Shown here: in pieces, positions 46,033-56,508 of the stretch
Position numbering within the stretch: the stretch's first letter is position 1
How the letters are laid out: every line of letters begins with the position of its first letter
Virus record (IMG/VR): IMGVR_UViG_2830687482_000006
Span: 1-64,000 of that record
DNA: 64,000 bases
Source of the DNA: a virus
Taxonomy: Duplodnaviria; Caudoviricetes
Reading direction: 5' to 3' (one strand)
Position numbers and translations under genes: made by a program
The notes under the pieces: model-generated
What the model saw: the letters and a program-made list of their open reading frames with translations, nothing else
Database searches by the model: none
Told to the model about the DNA's origin: nothing

Positions 46033-46984
46033 TTAATTTACCCTTAATTTCGGTAGCTATGTCCTCGGGGACGTTATGCTCTGCGAGATTTCTTTTCACT
46101 ACATCCGAAACTTTGAAACCCTCAAAAGAGACTTGAGGCTCGTGGTCATCCATACTTTGTATTTTGGAAACTCTCTGAACTTTGAAGCCGAGACAGTCTG
46201 GAAGTTGTGTGACTTCCTCCCCTTTCTCGGCAAGAACTCTAACATATTTATTCTTAAGAATTTCTGGATTTGTTTCTAGATATTCTTCTAGGCTTAGAGT
46301 GACATAAAGCTTCCCATTAGGGTCCTCAGCATGGCTCATAGGCTGCATAGACCCGGTGCAAGTCACTGCAATTCCTTCTATTACGTATCTACCGGGTATG
46401 TGCCAGTGACCAGAGAAAATCTCTTCGGCCCCCATTTTGGTTAGCTCAAGAGCAGGACACATATGATCAGCATACATTTCATCATATTTAACTAAATCCC
46501 AATGACCTACAGCGTATCGAAATTTTAGTCCTCTAACATCTTCCAGTTGCTCAAGAGCTGTTCTATCCCATTCCCAAGGAAACAGAGCCACTTTGTTTAT
46601 GACTGTAGGTTTCATGACAACGATCAAATTCTTAACTAAGCCATTGAATAGGTTTAGAATATCGAAACCACCCTTGGTTTCTTTCTGAGCAGAGATATCG
46701 TGGTTTCCAGCCATCATGACAAATGTTCGGTATGGTTGACTGTAGGCAGATTTAAGAATCATTTCCAATATGCTGTAGAGGTCTTGGAGACTACAAAGAG
46801 GCTTTTCTAAGAGGTCACCGACCATAATCACCATAGGTTCGTCCCCAGAGTTAAGCCGCTCATTCAAATCAACAAAAAGAGAGCGTTCCCTCTCACCCTT
46901 ACGAGCAAGAGGGACTCCAAAATCAAATTTTCTGGTGATATGGGGATCACCAATCAGTTTGAAAGGTTGGGTTTGTTTATACAT
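46019..46984 (-). CDS. SbcD/Mre11-like (gp47-like) nuclease
   Basis: GDPH, VGDL, AGNHD, VGHW, SGHWH. Confidence 0.9.
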   Translation of the reverse strand: MYKQTQPFKLIGDPHITRKFDFGVPLARKGERERSLFVDLNERLNSGDEPMVIMVGDLLEKPLCSLQDLYSILEMILKSAYSQPYRTFVMMAGNHDISAQKETKGGFDILNLFNGLVKNLIVVMKPTVINKVALFPWEWDRTALEQLEDVRGLKFRYAVGHWDLVKYDEMYADHMCPALELTKMGAEEIFSGHWHIPGRYVIEGIAVTCTGSMQPMSHAEDPNGKLYVTLSLEEYLETNPEILKNKYVRVLAEKGEEVTQLPDCLGFKVQRVSKIQSMDDHEPQVSFEGFKVSDVVKRNLAEHNVPEDIATEIKGKLNVDD

Positions 46985-47526
46985 GTCTCTTCCTTAACTT
47001 TGGCAAGTAGCCTCAATTGTGTCAGACAATCAGACAAGGCATCATGGTGACTACCCACTCGATCAACATCTGGCTCATAAGCTCCGGGTTTATCATAACG
47101 ACCAGATATAAAGCTACGTAAGTCTTTAGCTTCTCGAAAATTGAAAGGCATTGCTAAATCGTGGTCGATAAAGTAGCTTTCTATAAAATTCCAATCGAAA
47201 TTTAGCCCCTTACACCAGAACCTCATATTCGGTTTTGCGACCGCCCAAGCATGAAATTCTAAGATCACTTCTCGATAATAGCGAGCCTCTCCCATTATTT
47301 TAAAATACACTTCCCGATTCTGACCCAACCAAAATTCTTGGGTGTTATCAGTCCAGAAGCGGTCTCTGGGCATTGTCAAACTTTGTTTGAACATAGATTT
47401 AGTATCTATAGCCATGTCGTCATAACGGAAGGGGACGGCACCTATCTGAATTATTGCAGCTTTATCTGGTTGTAGACCTGTGGTTTCAATATCTACCATG
47501 CAGTCAGTAAATTCATATCCTGCCAT
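46954..47526 (-). CDS. DEDD 3'-5' exonuclease
   Basis: VDIETTG, WCKGLNFD, HHDALSDC. Confidence 0.85.
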   Translation of the reverse strand: MAGYEFTDCMVDIETTGLQPDKAAIIQIGAVPFRYDDMAIDTKSMFKQSLTMPRDRFWTDNTQEFWLGQNREVYFKIMGEARYYREVILEFHAWAVAKPNMRFWCKGLNFDWNFIESYFIDHDLAMPFNFREAKDLRSFISGRYDKPGAYEPDVDRVGSHHDALSDCLTQLRLLAKVKEETCINKPNLSN

Positions 47527-47918
47527 TTAATTGATTTCCTTTTTTCGAGCACGACTGTGGTGTAAAATTGATCTGCATCCAATAAATACCACTGGTCGCT
47601 ACCAAGATTGTGGACATAAATACGGTATAAGCTACCAAACCCACCTTTATGAAATTTACTGATTGCAGATTTTTGAGCTGGTGTAAAGGAAGAAAGTGAA
47701 AAGCTCGTCATATTGGAGGAGCTTTTCACTTCTGCTAGATATAGTCCACCCCTTGTGGCGATAAGGTAATCACTAGGATTACCAAATGCTGCTACATTCT
47801 TACCACCATTAAGGCCTACTAAGTCTGCCTTATCCCTTAACCTAAAAACTGTTCCCTCAATATTATTCTCGAAGGTCGCCTCACTAGGTTTGCCAGTGTT
47901 ACGTGACATATTGTTCAT
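47493..47918 (-). CDS. PD-(D/E)xK nuclease, RecU/Hjc-like Holliday junction resolvase
   Basis: PSDY...LAEVKS. Confidence 0.75.
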   Translation of the reverse strand: MNNMSRNTGKPSEATFENNIEGTVFRLRDKADLVGLNGGKNVAAFGNPSDYLIATRGGLYLAEVKSSSNMTSFSLSSFTPAQKSAISKFHKGGFGSLYRIYVHNLGSDQWYLLDADQFYTTVVLEKRKSIKWQDMNLLTAW

Positions 47919-48252
47919 CTTCTAGAACTTGACCTCTAATGAAATCTACCACCTCTTCTACAGCATCTTCATCAAAGTCCCACTCCTCGATAATATGATA
48001 TTCATAAGAATCTGAATCAAGTTTTTCCAAACTTAGCGATTGATTTCCCTCATCGAATTCAAGTAAAAAAGGAGAATCTTCGATCGCAGCCCTTAGAATA
48101 TCCCCATCAAAGCTGACCATAACTGTGTCATAATTGGTTTCTAATTCCAAATGGGTCATAAAGAGAGGAAAAAACTCTTTTAATTCGCTGTCTCCATACA
48201 GCATCTGACTGAACTCACTCTGATCTGCATGAGACAAGAATTTAACCGACAT
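47899..48252 (-). CDS. acidic hypothetical protein
   Basis: 117-aa coupled ORF. Confidence 0.7.
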   Translation of the reverse strand: MSVKFLSHADQSEFSQMLYGDSELKEFFPLFMTHLELETNYDTVMVSFDGDILRAAIEDSPFLLEFDEGNQSLSLEKLDSDSYEYHIIEEWDFDEDAVEEVVDFIRGQVLEDEQYVT

Positions 48253-50819
48253 TACCTACTCTCCATAATATGGTCAATGACCCGTTGAATTATATGTTCT
48301 GAAAGAGGCTTCCCTTCGTACTCTTCCGGAATTACTCCCTCAATTGGAGATGCTTCATCCAATTCTATCTGATCCTTAACACCAAATGTCTTACCAATTG
48401 CTACCGTGCAATGCAAGGGCAAAGTTTTTACGTAAGTAGGCTGCTGATTCATTGCGGCTTTAAGGATAGGAATGAACTCTAATATGTAATCTTTGTGAAC
48501 TGAAAACACTAGTTCATCATGAATCGGCATCATGAAACGAACATAGCGCATGTCCGCCGTTTCTCTTATTCGAAGAATAGCTTGCTTAGCCATTCCGGCG
48601 CAAGAACCTTGAATCATAGCATTCACTGCCTGATTTTTAGCTCTACTTTGCATCCCTTTCATAAAGAGTTCAGAGAAATTTTCCATCGCTCTGCCACCAC
48701 CTTGGGCAGCAAACTTTCTCTGCATATGAAGCCACCATGCTGGTGTTGCTTCAAATCTCTCTCGACGTTGGCCGTCTGGTAGTTCAATGTAGCCATAGCG
48801 TGCTACTTGCTCACATAAGTTTACTCTCCACTCCTCGGCCACAGAGAAGCGATCACGATAACGATCCACACCCAACCACATTTCATCAGTGGACCACTTC
48901 AATCGGTCTCCTACGTTCCCTAAAGCACCGGAATACCAATAGTTGAAGTTGGCCCCCTTACCTATTTCTGTTCGAATGTACTTAAAATATTTCTGGGGAG
49001 TCATTTCTTCGCCACTCTGTAAGTGACGAAGATCATAATTCAAAGGATTGCGACCATAGCGGAAGTCAAGAAAATGACTCTCAGTCAAGCCTTCCAAAGT
49101 CTTAACTGCGAGACAATCTGCTGCTGAGCCGCTGTGAAGGTCATCATAAGGAATCTGACCAAAGCAGCGCGCAAACTCCGGGTCTCCACTGTAATCTCCA
49201 ATGAGAACAAGCTCCACGCCAGACCAGTCAGCGGAAAGAACTACGTGATCTTTCGAATCAGACTCAAAATACGAGCGAACATAGGCACTATCCCCATATT
49301 TTGCTAGTTGCATGGCGTTAGGATTTGACATAGCCATACGTCTAGTAGCTAGAAGGCTGCTAATTGTGGGATAAACCTTGCCTGTCTCTGGGTCAATGAG
49401 ATGAGTATAAGGAGTAATGTAGAGTTTCATTGCCTGCTCTACTGAACTCAGCTTATTAAGAAGAGCCATGAGTTCTAATTTATCTGTCTCCCCATTTTTT
49501 GAGAATGTGAGTGTGATTCTACCTCTTGCTTCTGCATCAGATGCAATTTTTCCTGCAACTCGAACAGGTTTATGTTTAAGTAGATCGTAAAAAATCACTC
49601 TAGCTGTTTGCCAGTAATTTATATTGAGACGACCGTTTCCCTGAGTATTAGCCCAAGCATTACCGATAGGGTTAGAGACCTGTGTGACCATTTCAAATGG
49701 ATCGTCAGAATCTGGAGTTTTGACCCAATCAACAATTTGTTGACGTTTTTTGGCACCAGATTTAGCGTAATAAGATTGAGCTTTAGCCAGAGGTTCGTTG
49801 AGTTCTCTATCAAAAGGAAGAAGTTTGCGCAATGCAGCTTTAATCTCTCGCAAAAGTTGAGCTGTGTGAACTCTTTCCAACTCTTGTCGAGCATAGATTT
49901 CTTCTACATTTAGAGACAGACCTTCAACTTGAGCCTCTGCAAATACGTAGATCATAGGGTTTTCTTGCTTAAAGAAAGTAACCAAAGCTTTTGGATTTTG
50001 GGCAAGCAATTTAGCTTTCAAAGCCTTGAAAACTTGAACACACCAGTAAGCATCCTCGGCACCATAGCTCTTAGTTTCTTCTCCAGTCAACTGACCCATA
50101 TGTTCACGACCATTAAGGCACTGCTCATAGGTGGTCATATCATAATCAAAAAGACTTTTGGTCAGCTTCTTTAAGCCGTATCCATAAGCTATACGGTCCA
50201 CGAACCCATTATAGCTGTGAGCTGCTTTAGAGGATTTACCTGCAAATTGACCGTAGACGAACGCCTGATCCGCAGTTAGATTTCTTCCATGCTTCTCGGG
50301 ATCATATTGAGAAAATTCCTGTAGAATACTATCTATAATGGGTCGGATATTAGCTAGAGTACTCTTTGAAAAGACCTCGTGGTCATAGTTGTCAGGGCCA
50401 TGCGCTGTCACAGCCAGCTGCATAGAGCACACAAGATTAGGCAACCAGAGGTTGTATCTTTGCTTGAAAGTCGTCAACTCATAGGGGGCGTTATGAGCAA
50501 TACCCATTGCACTCTTAGGAATGGCATTGAACCACCGAAAGACAAAACTATCTGGTAATCTATTCTCTATGTCGGCATGATTAAGATTAACATAGTAGGC
50601 CACATTTGACCTATCCACATACCAAGAGAAGCCTGTTACGACCGAACGCCGATGGTCAAAGATCAATTTCTTTGAGCCTAGTTTTTTGATTCCATCATGA
50701 GCTTGAGAGTTTTGAGTTTCACAGTCAACCCCATAAAGACTGCAAGCCGACAGTTCTTCCAGAGCCTGCATTATCACAGGCTCTGGAGTACGGGCATCAA
50801 TTAAAATAGTTTCAATCAT
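48252..50819 (-). CDS. polA: family A DNA polymerase with 3'-5' exonuclease domain
   Basis: GVDCET exo I; ADWSGVEL motif A; GKGANFNYWY motif B; PIHDELV motif C; likely start MIETIL at 50819. Confidence 0.95.
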   Translation of the reverse strand: MIETILIDARTPEPVIMQALEELSACSLYGVDCETQNSQAHDGIKKLGSKKLIFDHRRSVVTGFSWYVDRSNVAYYVNLNHADIENRLPDSFVFRWFNAIPKSAMGIAHNAPYELTTFKQRYNLWLPNLVCSMQLAVTAHGPDNYDHEVFSKSTLANIRPIIDSILQEFSQYDPEKHGRNLTADQAFVYGQFAGKSSKAAHSYNGFVDRIAYGYGLKKLTKSLFDYDMTTYEQCLNGREHMGQLTGEETKSYGAEDAYWCVQVFKALKAKLLAQNPKALVTFFKQENPMIYVFAEAQVEGLSLNVEEIYARQELERVHTAQLLREIKAALRKLLPFDRELNEPLAKAQSYYAKSGAKKRQQIVDWVKTPDSDDPFEMVTQVSNPIGNAWANTQGNGRLNINYWQTARVIFYDLLKHKPVRVAGKIASDAEARGRITLTFSKNGETDKLELMALLNKLSSVEQAMKLYITPYTHLIDPETGKVYPTISSLLATRRMAMSNPNAMQLAKYGDSAYVRSYFESDSKDHVVLSADWSGVELVLIGDYSGDPEFARCFGQIPYDDLHSGSAADCLAVKTLEGLTESHFLDFRYGRNPLNYDLRHLQSGEEMTPQKYFKYIRTEIGKGANFNYWYSGALGNVGDRLKWSTDEMWLGVDRYRDRFSVAEEWRVNLCEQVARYGYIELPDGQRRERFEATPAWWLHMQRKFAAQGGGRAMENFSELFMKGMQSRAKNQAVNAMIQGSCAGMAKQAILRIRETADMRYVRFMMPIHDELVFSVHKDYILEFIPILKAAMNQQPTYVKTLPLHCTVAIGKTFGVKDQIELDEASPIEGVIPEEYEGKPLSEHIIQRVIDHIMESR

Positions 50820-51018
50820 AGGTAATAGTGACCAGACGGACATTTTCTCTAGGAAAAAATGTGTCTCTATTTGTTGTTCCATTTGGTTCTACACTGTTAA
50901 ATATCAACATATCATCCTCTTCCGTAAAAGAGATAACAGCTATTAAAGTTACAATTGACTCCTCTGGATCGAGACCAAATTCAGGTTTCAAATAGATAGT
51001 AGCTTTGGAATTTGTCAT
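50812..51018 (-). CDS. hypothetical protein
   Basis: 68 aa, coupled on both sides. Confidence 0.65.
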   Translation of the reverse strand: MTNSKATIYLKPEFGLDPEESIVTLIAVISFTEEDDMLIFNSVEPNGTTNRDTFFPRENVRLVTITYD

Positions 51019-51782
51019 ATTAAAAATTTTCCCATAAATAGCTCAGCGGCTGTAAGATTGAAAGAACCAACTCTGGTTCCGGCTTTTATTTCCTCCTCAG
51101 GAACTGTCCAGTAACTGTTGAGATGGTAGTACAAGCACAGCTCATTAAAAAGGTCAACAGTTATTTTTACTCTTTTAGGCCACTCCTCATAAGTGACTGT
51201 CTCGAATCTCTGGAAGTCTTTGCTTTCAATACATTCTATAATTCTATGGCGAGTCTCCTTTGTCATGGCTTTGAAAGAAATTTCTCCAAATCCAGTGATT
51301 CCCGGGATACCATCTTTAGTGTCCCCCACGGAGGCTTTATATAGTAAGCACTCTTTGGCACTCATCCACTTCCACTTAGTGGAAATCATAGGAAGAAAAG
51401 CTTTCTCTGAATGTTGCCAATAGTCTCCATCGTTAGATTCAACTTTAAGTTTATGCTTAGTATGTAATTGTTCTATAAGAGTTCCTATAACATCATCAGC
51501 TTCCCAATTAGGACACTCAACTTGAATAGTAGGAGTAAACCTTAGTACTCCCTTGGCCATATCAAAAAACTTGTATCTACTTTCCTCTTTAGGTCTGCGA
51601 TTCTGCTTATACGGAGGGAAAAGTTTCTTTCTTTGAAAATTACCGAAAGGTCCGTCCCAGACAATTATGGTTGTCTCATTGGGAGCACAGTACTTCGTAA
51701 AGATATGTCGGACGGGGTGAATTCCCCATCCGACAATTTCAGCTTCCCTGTGAAGCATGTTATTACCATCTATGATTTTCAT
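51015..51782 (-). CDS. 5'-3' exonuclease / flap endonuclease
   Basis: IIDGNN, YKQNR, EADDVIG, SNDGDYWQ, GDTKDGIPGITGFG. Confidence 0.92.
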   Translation of the reverse strand: MKIIDGNNMLHREAEIVGWGIHPVRHIFTKYCAPNETTIIVWDGPFGNFQRKKLFPPYKQNRRPKEESRYKFFDMAKGVLRFTPTIQVECPNWEADDVIGTLIEQLHTKHKLKVESNDGDYWQHSEKAFLPMISTKWKWMSAKECLLYKASVGDTKDGIPGITGFGEISFKAMTKETRHRIIECIESKDFQRFETVTYEEWPKRVKITVDLFNELCLYYHLNSYWTVPEEEIKAGTRVGSFNLTAAELFMGKFLI

Positions 51783-52075
51783 GATGGGTCAACTTGATAA
51801 AAAGGTTTACCATTCTTTGCTTTTTGTCGATCAAGGCTTTCCACAGCCGCGACGGCTATAGCCGCAACTTTAATCATACACTCCCGGAAAAGGGAGACTG
51901 TATCAGAATTAAGCGTGTAATAGCCATTGGACCAATTTGTGCTGTATTTGGAAATGTAAGTCAACCACATCCACGGTGTGTTTATAGCATCGTCAGAATG
52001 GTCTCCCCATCTATGTTGTTGACGAACTCTCTCAAGCCTAATCTCGTTAAGCACTGTGTTAGTTAGATTTCTCAT
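51779..52075 (-). CDS. MazG-like small protein
   Basis: ERVRQQHRWG...FRECMIKVAAIAVAAVESLDR. Confidence 0.6.
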   Translation of the reverse strand: MRNLTNTVLNEIRLERVRQQHRWGDHSDDAINTPWMWLTYISKYSTNWSNGYYTLNSDTVSLFRECMIKVAAIAVAAVESLDRQKAKNGKPFYQVDPS

Positions 52076-52077
52076 CT

Positions 52078-54564
52078 CTATTTTCCTCGGGTATTAAAAT
52101 CGACGGGGCAAGCACCTCCCGCACAGTCAATATGTTCTTTACCTATATCTTCGACTTGAACATTATTTATTTCTCTCAAGATTTCCTCAAAACGAACCTT
52201 GGTCACTGGCTCTTCCGGAAGATATTCATAAGATTGACCTTCTTCTTGAGGCATAACAGAAGCACATCTTATTGTAGATTGCTGCTTCCTTATAATCTCA
52301 GAGAACTTCGATAAAGAGACTTCCTCAGGTTTGTACTTCAAAGTATAGCTAATTTGATTTCCAAACCTTACTTCACCATGTCTTGGGTCTTCATTTTCCA
52401 CATACTCAATGACGGTGCCACCTTCTATCCAAAAAAACTCTCCAAGTCTCAACCACTCATACTGTTCTTCGGGAGTAGCATCTCCCGCTAGAACCAACTT
52501 ATCTCCAATATCAAGAGAGGAAATTGCCGGGGCGGTCGGAAAACCCACAATGCTAGTGCCTTGATAAGTTTTCAAATTATGCCGAACTGGATACCCATTC
52601 TGCTCATATTCTTGAATATTGGGATCATCGTGCCTAAATTGTACCCACCGAAGATAGTGAGCTAATGCTGGTAAATGCCATCCTTCTGACAGGCCAAAAA
52701 GTTTACTGGTGGTGCCTGCGGGTTTAATTGTCATCACCGTATGAGGAACATTCATACCAAGTTTTGCTGAGTAAAATGCGGCATGTCGAATGGTACTGCG
52801 AGAGAACTGTCCCTGTACTTCCCAAAAAGCCGCAGCCCTTTCCCTGTCCGAGAGAATATCTTTCCGCAACATATCTTCTACAACTTCTAAATAACCCTCA
52901 CTAAGACCGTAGTTTTCCATTTTAGAGAGGAATCCTTTGAAATCTGGATTTACCAAGTCTCTAAATCCTACACGAAAATATTTCCATGCGAATTCATGCA
53001 CTCCAGTTTGACCTACACCAATTCTATTGGTTCTCTTAACCTCCTTGTTATAGACGCTATCCATTGAGTTGACTCGAATCAAAGCACGAGCTGCAACCTT
53101 GAAAGCATCCTCAGCCTCAGAAAGATTTTGAGCATGGTAGGCCACCACGTCTGCAATAACGCAGAAAGCACCATTAAGATAAAGCACAATTTCTCCACAA
53201 GGATTTACAATCATACAGTAATCTTTTTTATTAGCCCGAGCCGCTAAGCCAGCGAGAAGGATTCTAGTCTCCAAATCTACACTGTATCGTGCTGAGCCTA
53301 CATAATTACCATTCTCGTGTTTCTCGACACCTTCCCGCTTTTCCACCAGTTTGTCAAGGTTAATAAAGCCGGGTTCACCAGTGCCGTCCCCGTAGGAGCA
53401 GCGGGTAACCGCCTCGAATACTGCTCGGGCATGTTGTGTAAGTTTAGAATTGTAGTGAGGGTCATCAGGAGTCAACTCTAGTCGATGCCAGAAGTCAGCA
53501 TCTACTCCGATGCTATTATTAGAAGACCAAAGGAAAGACATAAAATTGGCTTTTTCTCTAAGATTTTCTACCTGTTTGGCGCTCTTATTATAAAACTCAA
53601 TGGGTCTCTTAATCTCGATAAAATCGAGAACCGTCTTATCTTTCCAATATTTTACAGCCATACGAGCCGCACGACGAGCACCACCGACGAGCACTGGTTC
53701 AGCAAGATAATGATCCACATACATTGCCTGCATCCATCTCGGTAGACCAGCACCTTTCAAGGTGACCAATTTATGAATGGCCATCATAAGTGGCACTGGA
53801 CCGGATGAGGGTCTGTTCTGCATTCCTCCGATTGCGGCTCCTTGAGGCCGAACTTTTGAAAAGTCCAAAATAAGAATGCTATCCTTGAAAGCTTTCTGGT
53901 AGGTCATAGTTTCAAGTTTCTCTAAGGCTTTTGCCCATCCTTCTCTACTATCTTCTACTTCAAACCAAATTACATCCTGACCACGCCCATATTTATGTCT
54001 AGCGTCACGCACCGATTCATGTTCCTGAAAATTAAAGTCAGCGTGAGACTCATCTAAAACACACCGAACATTAGGCATGTAATTCCAATCAACAAGCATC
54101 ATATCATCATCGTAAACTCTACCAACACCACTACCATTAAGCAGGAGATAAAAAAGCATAAAACTGGTTGAAGCAGTGGAACAATTAGTAAACACCTCCA
54201 TATTTCGCTTACTCTGATTTATATCTCCATGTTGGAGATGGCGTCCAGACATGAGAATATTGGCATTGGCAATATGTTTTGCCAATAGCTCTTCTTCACC
54301 TTCTTCGGGATAGAGGCTCACATTACCTTGTGCTACTCGTTTTGCAACTTCATCCCAACTTTCCCAACGAACTCCAACAGGCTCTGCCTGATTAGTCTCA
54401 TCAACTACAAATTCTTTACCATGTGTTTCGCAGTAGAGCTTTATATGATCATGATTAGGGTCATTCTGACTTACTTTCAAAGTCGAAGGATTGATTGGAA
54501 TTTTACGAAGAATTGTACGTTCTGCTACTGCCTGCCCCATGCCGGGGTGGAATTGTCGTGCCAT
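52078..54564 (-). CDS. nrdJ: class II (adenosylcobalamin-dependent) ribonucleotide reductase
   Basis: TNCS, NPCGEI, TIKPAGTTSKL; no small subunit nearby. Confidence 0.88.
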   Translation of the reverse strand: MARQFHPGMGQAVAERTILRKIPINPSTLKVSQNDPNHDHIKLYCETHGKEFVVDETNQAEPVGVRWESWDEVAKRVAQGNVSLYPEEGEEELLAKHIANANILMSGRHLQHGDINQSKRNMEVFTNCSTASTSFMLFYLLLNGSGVGRVYDDDMMLVDWNYMPNVRCVLDESHADFNFQEHESVRDARHKYGRGQDVIWFEVEDSREGWAKALEKLETMTYQKAFKDSILILDFSKVRPQGAAIGGMQNRPSSGPVPLMMAIHKLVTLKGAGLPRWMQAMYVDHYLAEPVLVGGARRAARMAVKYWKDKTVLDFIEIKRPIEFYNKSAKQVENLREKANFMSFLWSSNNSIGVDADFWHRLELTPDDPHYNSKLTQHARAVFEAVTRCSYGDGTGEPGFINLDKLVEKREGVEKHENGNYVGSARYSVDLETRILLAGLAARANKKDYCMIVNPCGEIVLYLNGAFCVIADVVAYHAQNLSEAEDAFKVAARALIRVNSMDSVYNKEVKRTNRIGVGQTGVHEFAWKYFRVGFRDLVNPDFKGFLSKMENYGLSEGYLEVVEDMLRKDILSDRERAAAFWEVQGQFSRSTIRHAAFYSAKLGMNVPHTVMTIKPAGTTSKLFGLSEGWHLPALAHYLRWVQFRHDDPNIQEYEQNGYPVRHNLKTYQGTSIVGFPTAPAISSLDIGDKLVLAGDATPEEQYEWLRLGEFFWIEGGTVIEYVENEDPRHGEVRFGNQISYTLKYKPEEVSLSKFSEIIRKQQSTIRCASVMPQEEGQSYEYLPEEPVTKVRFEEILREINNVQVEDIGKEHIDCAGGACPVDFNTRGK

Positions 54565-54635
54565 TATGATGGGTCTCCGAATTAGGGGTTGATCTATAGT
54601 CGTAGATCATTTTAGTCTAGGAAAAAAGAGAAAAT

Positions 54636-54658
54636 GAGGGGTGATAAGCTCACCCCTC
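54636..54658 (-). terminator. intrinsic terminator
   Basis: GAGGGGTGA/TCACCCCTC stem with T-rich tail on the minus strand. Confidence 0.75.
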
Positions 54659-54679
54659 GGAAGCTGTTGACAAATTGAA

Positions 54680-55360
54680 TTAAGCCTTAGCAAATCCAAC
54701 TACGCCCCAAGTGTAACTTGCGTTACTCTTTTCAATGTGGGAGGCACGGACTTGCACATTACCACTGAGGGCATCATTAGCGCCGACAACAACATCACCA
54801 CTTTGAATCACCTCAGCCAAGAAGCTCTGGAATGCTCCAAAGCCTGTGACAGCCGTGGTGTATCCAATTTTCTTACCCGCCTCAATAGTTTGAGCACCCT
54901 GCTTAACCGGCTCAGACAAGACCATAAGAATGTCAGCCCCACGATATTGTTCAGCTGGCTCAGCCGCCCGAGCGTTTGCTTCTTGAACAGCTGTAGCCCA
55001 CGGCTTTCCTGTTTTAGCCTCAGTTCGTCCGTCATAAGACTTAATATACTCGAACTTATTGCCCGGCAGTTTAACTCGAAGGCCAACAAACAATTTAACC
55101 TGTGAAAAATCAAGATCGGCAATAAAATCATCAATAACCGCCTTCTCAGTCTTAATGAGTTTTAGTCCGGTGTCTTTGACATCGAGCCAAATGTCTGGCT
55201 GTAGGCCTCCTGATTTCAGGAACGAGGTTACACCCATATCCACAGGTGTGTTAGCACTTGGAGCTGTCAAAGCAGTAGTCTGGGCAGGTGTCTTTACTTC
55301 TGGGGTAGCTGCTGCGGCTGCTTCTGCTTCTGCGATTGCATCTTCGATACCATTACTCAT
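54680..55360 (-). CDS. conserved replication-module protein, possible ssDNA-binding protein
   Basis: 226 aa, Ala-rich N-terminus; function inferred from position only. Confidence 0.5.
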   Translation of the reverse strand: MSNGIEDAIAEAEAAAAATPEVKTPAQTTALTAPSANTPVDMGVTSFLKSGGLQPDIWLDVKDTGLKLIKTEKAVIDDFIADLDFSQVKLFVGLRVKLPGNKFEYIKSYDGRTEAKTGKPWATAVQEANARAAEPAEQYRGADILMVLSEPVKQGAQTIEAGKKIGYTTAVTGFGAFQSFLAEVIQSGDVVVGANDALSGNVQVRASHIEKSNASYTWGVVGFAKA

Positions 55361-55372
55361 AATTTCAATTCC

Positions 55373-55825
55373 TCATTTATGTGATTCTTGTGTAATAGAG
55401 ACTGCCTCTAAAAACACAAGAGTTTTACAAGCTTCAATTCCTTGAAGCAAGATAGGAGCTGTTATAATCAAGCGAGACTCTCCCGCGCCAACTCCTTCCT
55501 TTGGCCAAGCTATGCTTCCTCCTGCTCTCAGGTGGTTGCGTAGAGTGGCAAAAGCTTTTATGATTTCTAAGATGATATGGCCATATGGACCATCGTAGCC
55601 AAAGTCAACTTCTTTTATTGGGTGACCAATAAGGTCGTCAAAGATATGTTCTGTCGGGGAAATTTTTGTAGGTATACCAACGGCGTTCGGACATCCTCTG
55701 GCTGCTGCTGATTGACCTATGAATCCTACACGTTGTAAGTTATCTTCAAATGCAAAGAGCACATCGGGATTCGCTTGAATGAGGGCTTTAGAGTAGCCTT
55801 CTACGATGATCACTCTTCCATTCAT
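55373..55825 (-). CDS. conserved phage hypothetical protein
   Basis: NPDVLFAFEDNLQRVG..GQ....RG.PNAVGIPTK motif seen in many phages. Confidence 0.75.
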   Translation of the reverse strand: MNGRVIIVEGYSKALIQANPDVLFAFEDNLQRVGFIGQSAAARGCPNAVGIPTKISPTEHIFDDLIGHPIKEVDFGYDGPYGHIILEIIKAFATLRNHLRAGGSIAWPKEGVGAGESRLIITAPILLQGIEACKTLVFLEAVSITQESHK

Positions 55826-56382
55826 TCGAAATAACCTAATATTTGATCCTGATAGTAACCTAAGGCTTTCTCATACATAGCTTGCATATCATTGTCAACC
55901 TTAAATGTTCTAACTCGATCATTACCCAAAGCATTGGCCCCATCAAGATGTTTTTGCAGATCATCCCAGAAATCGAAACGATGCTCCGGATAGAAACCAA
56001 GTAGTGTTCGGATTACTTCTGCTTTTGGAGTGTTGCCCAATGTGAACACTCTCATTGGCCTAAGATCATAGCAATCAAGAAATTCAAACATTCTCTTAAT
56101 CGCATAATAGTCTGAACGAGCAGTAAGAATCATATAATTACCTGTCGCTTCACCAAACATAGGCCCCTGAGAGATGTTATCTCCCATTCTGTGCATGATT
56201 CCTTGCATACACATGTATCTCAAAGAGTGCTTTCTTTCATATTCTCCTCGTAAGCCCAGAAGCTCTGTCGCTTTCTCAATGAAAGCAACGTCTTTATCAG
56301 ACTCAGGAAGCTGAAAAAGAGCCTCTTCTAAAGGAGAGCCTAAAACTCCATCGAAATCGAATAATTTGATTCTCTCCAGCAT
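55822..56382 (-). CDS. HAD-superfamily phosphatase
   Basis: FDFDGVL, LTAR, PK, FWDD. Confidence 0.8.
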   Translation of the reverse strand: MLERIKLFDFDGVLGSPLEEALFQLPESDKDVAFIEKATELLGLRGEYERKHSLRYMCMQGIMHRMGDNISQGPMFGEATGNYMILTARSDYYAIKRMFEFLDCYDLRPMRVFTLGNTPKAEVIRTLLGFYPEHRFDFWDDLQKHLDGANALGNDRVRTFKVDNDMQAMYEKALGYYQDQILGYFE

Positions 56383-56420
56383 GGGTCTTATCCTTTCAAA
56401 CGCTAAATCTTATAAAAATA

Positions 56421-56500
56421 CCCTAAGTTGCATACTTGTATTATATATTATTGTTTTTATTATATTTTATTTAACGCACTACGACTTAAAAAATAATAAA
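56421..56500 (-). promoter_or_regulatory. AT-rich conserved element, copy 2
   Basis: inverted copy of 4940-5022. Confidence 0.6.
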
Positions 56501-56508
56501 TATATAAC

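Noticed and set aside
48252-50819. Z-genome (DpoZ/PurZ) system
   Set aside because: PolA keeps F762/Y766-equivalent residues and no PurZ is present in the window; not supportable here
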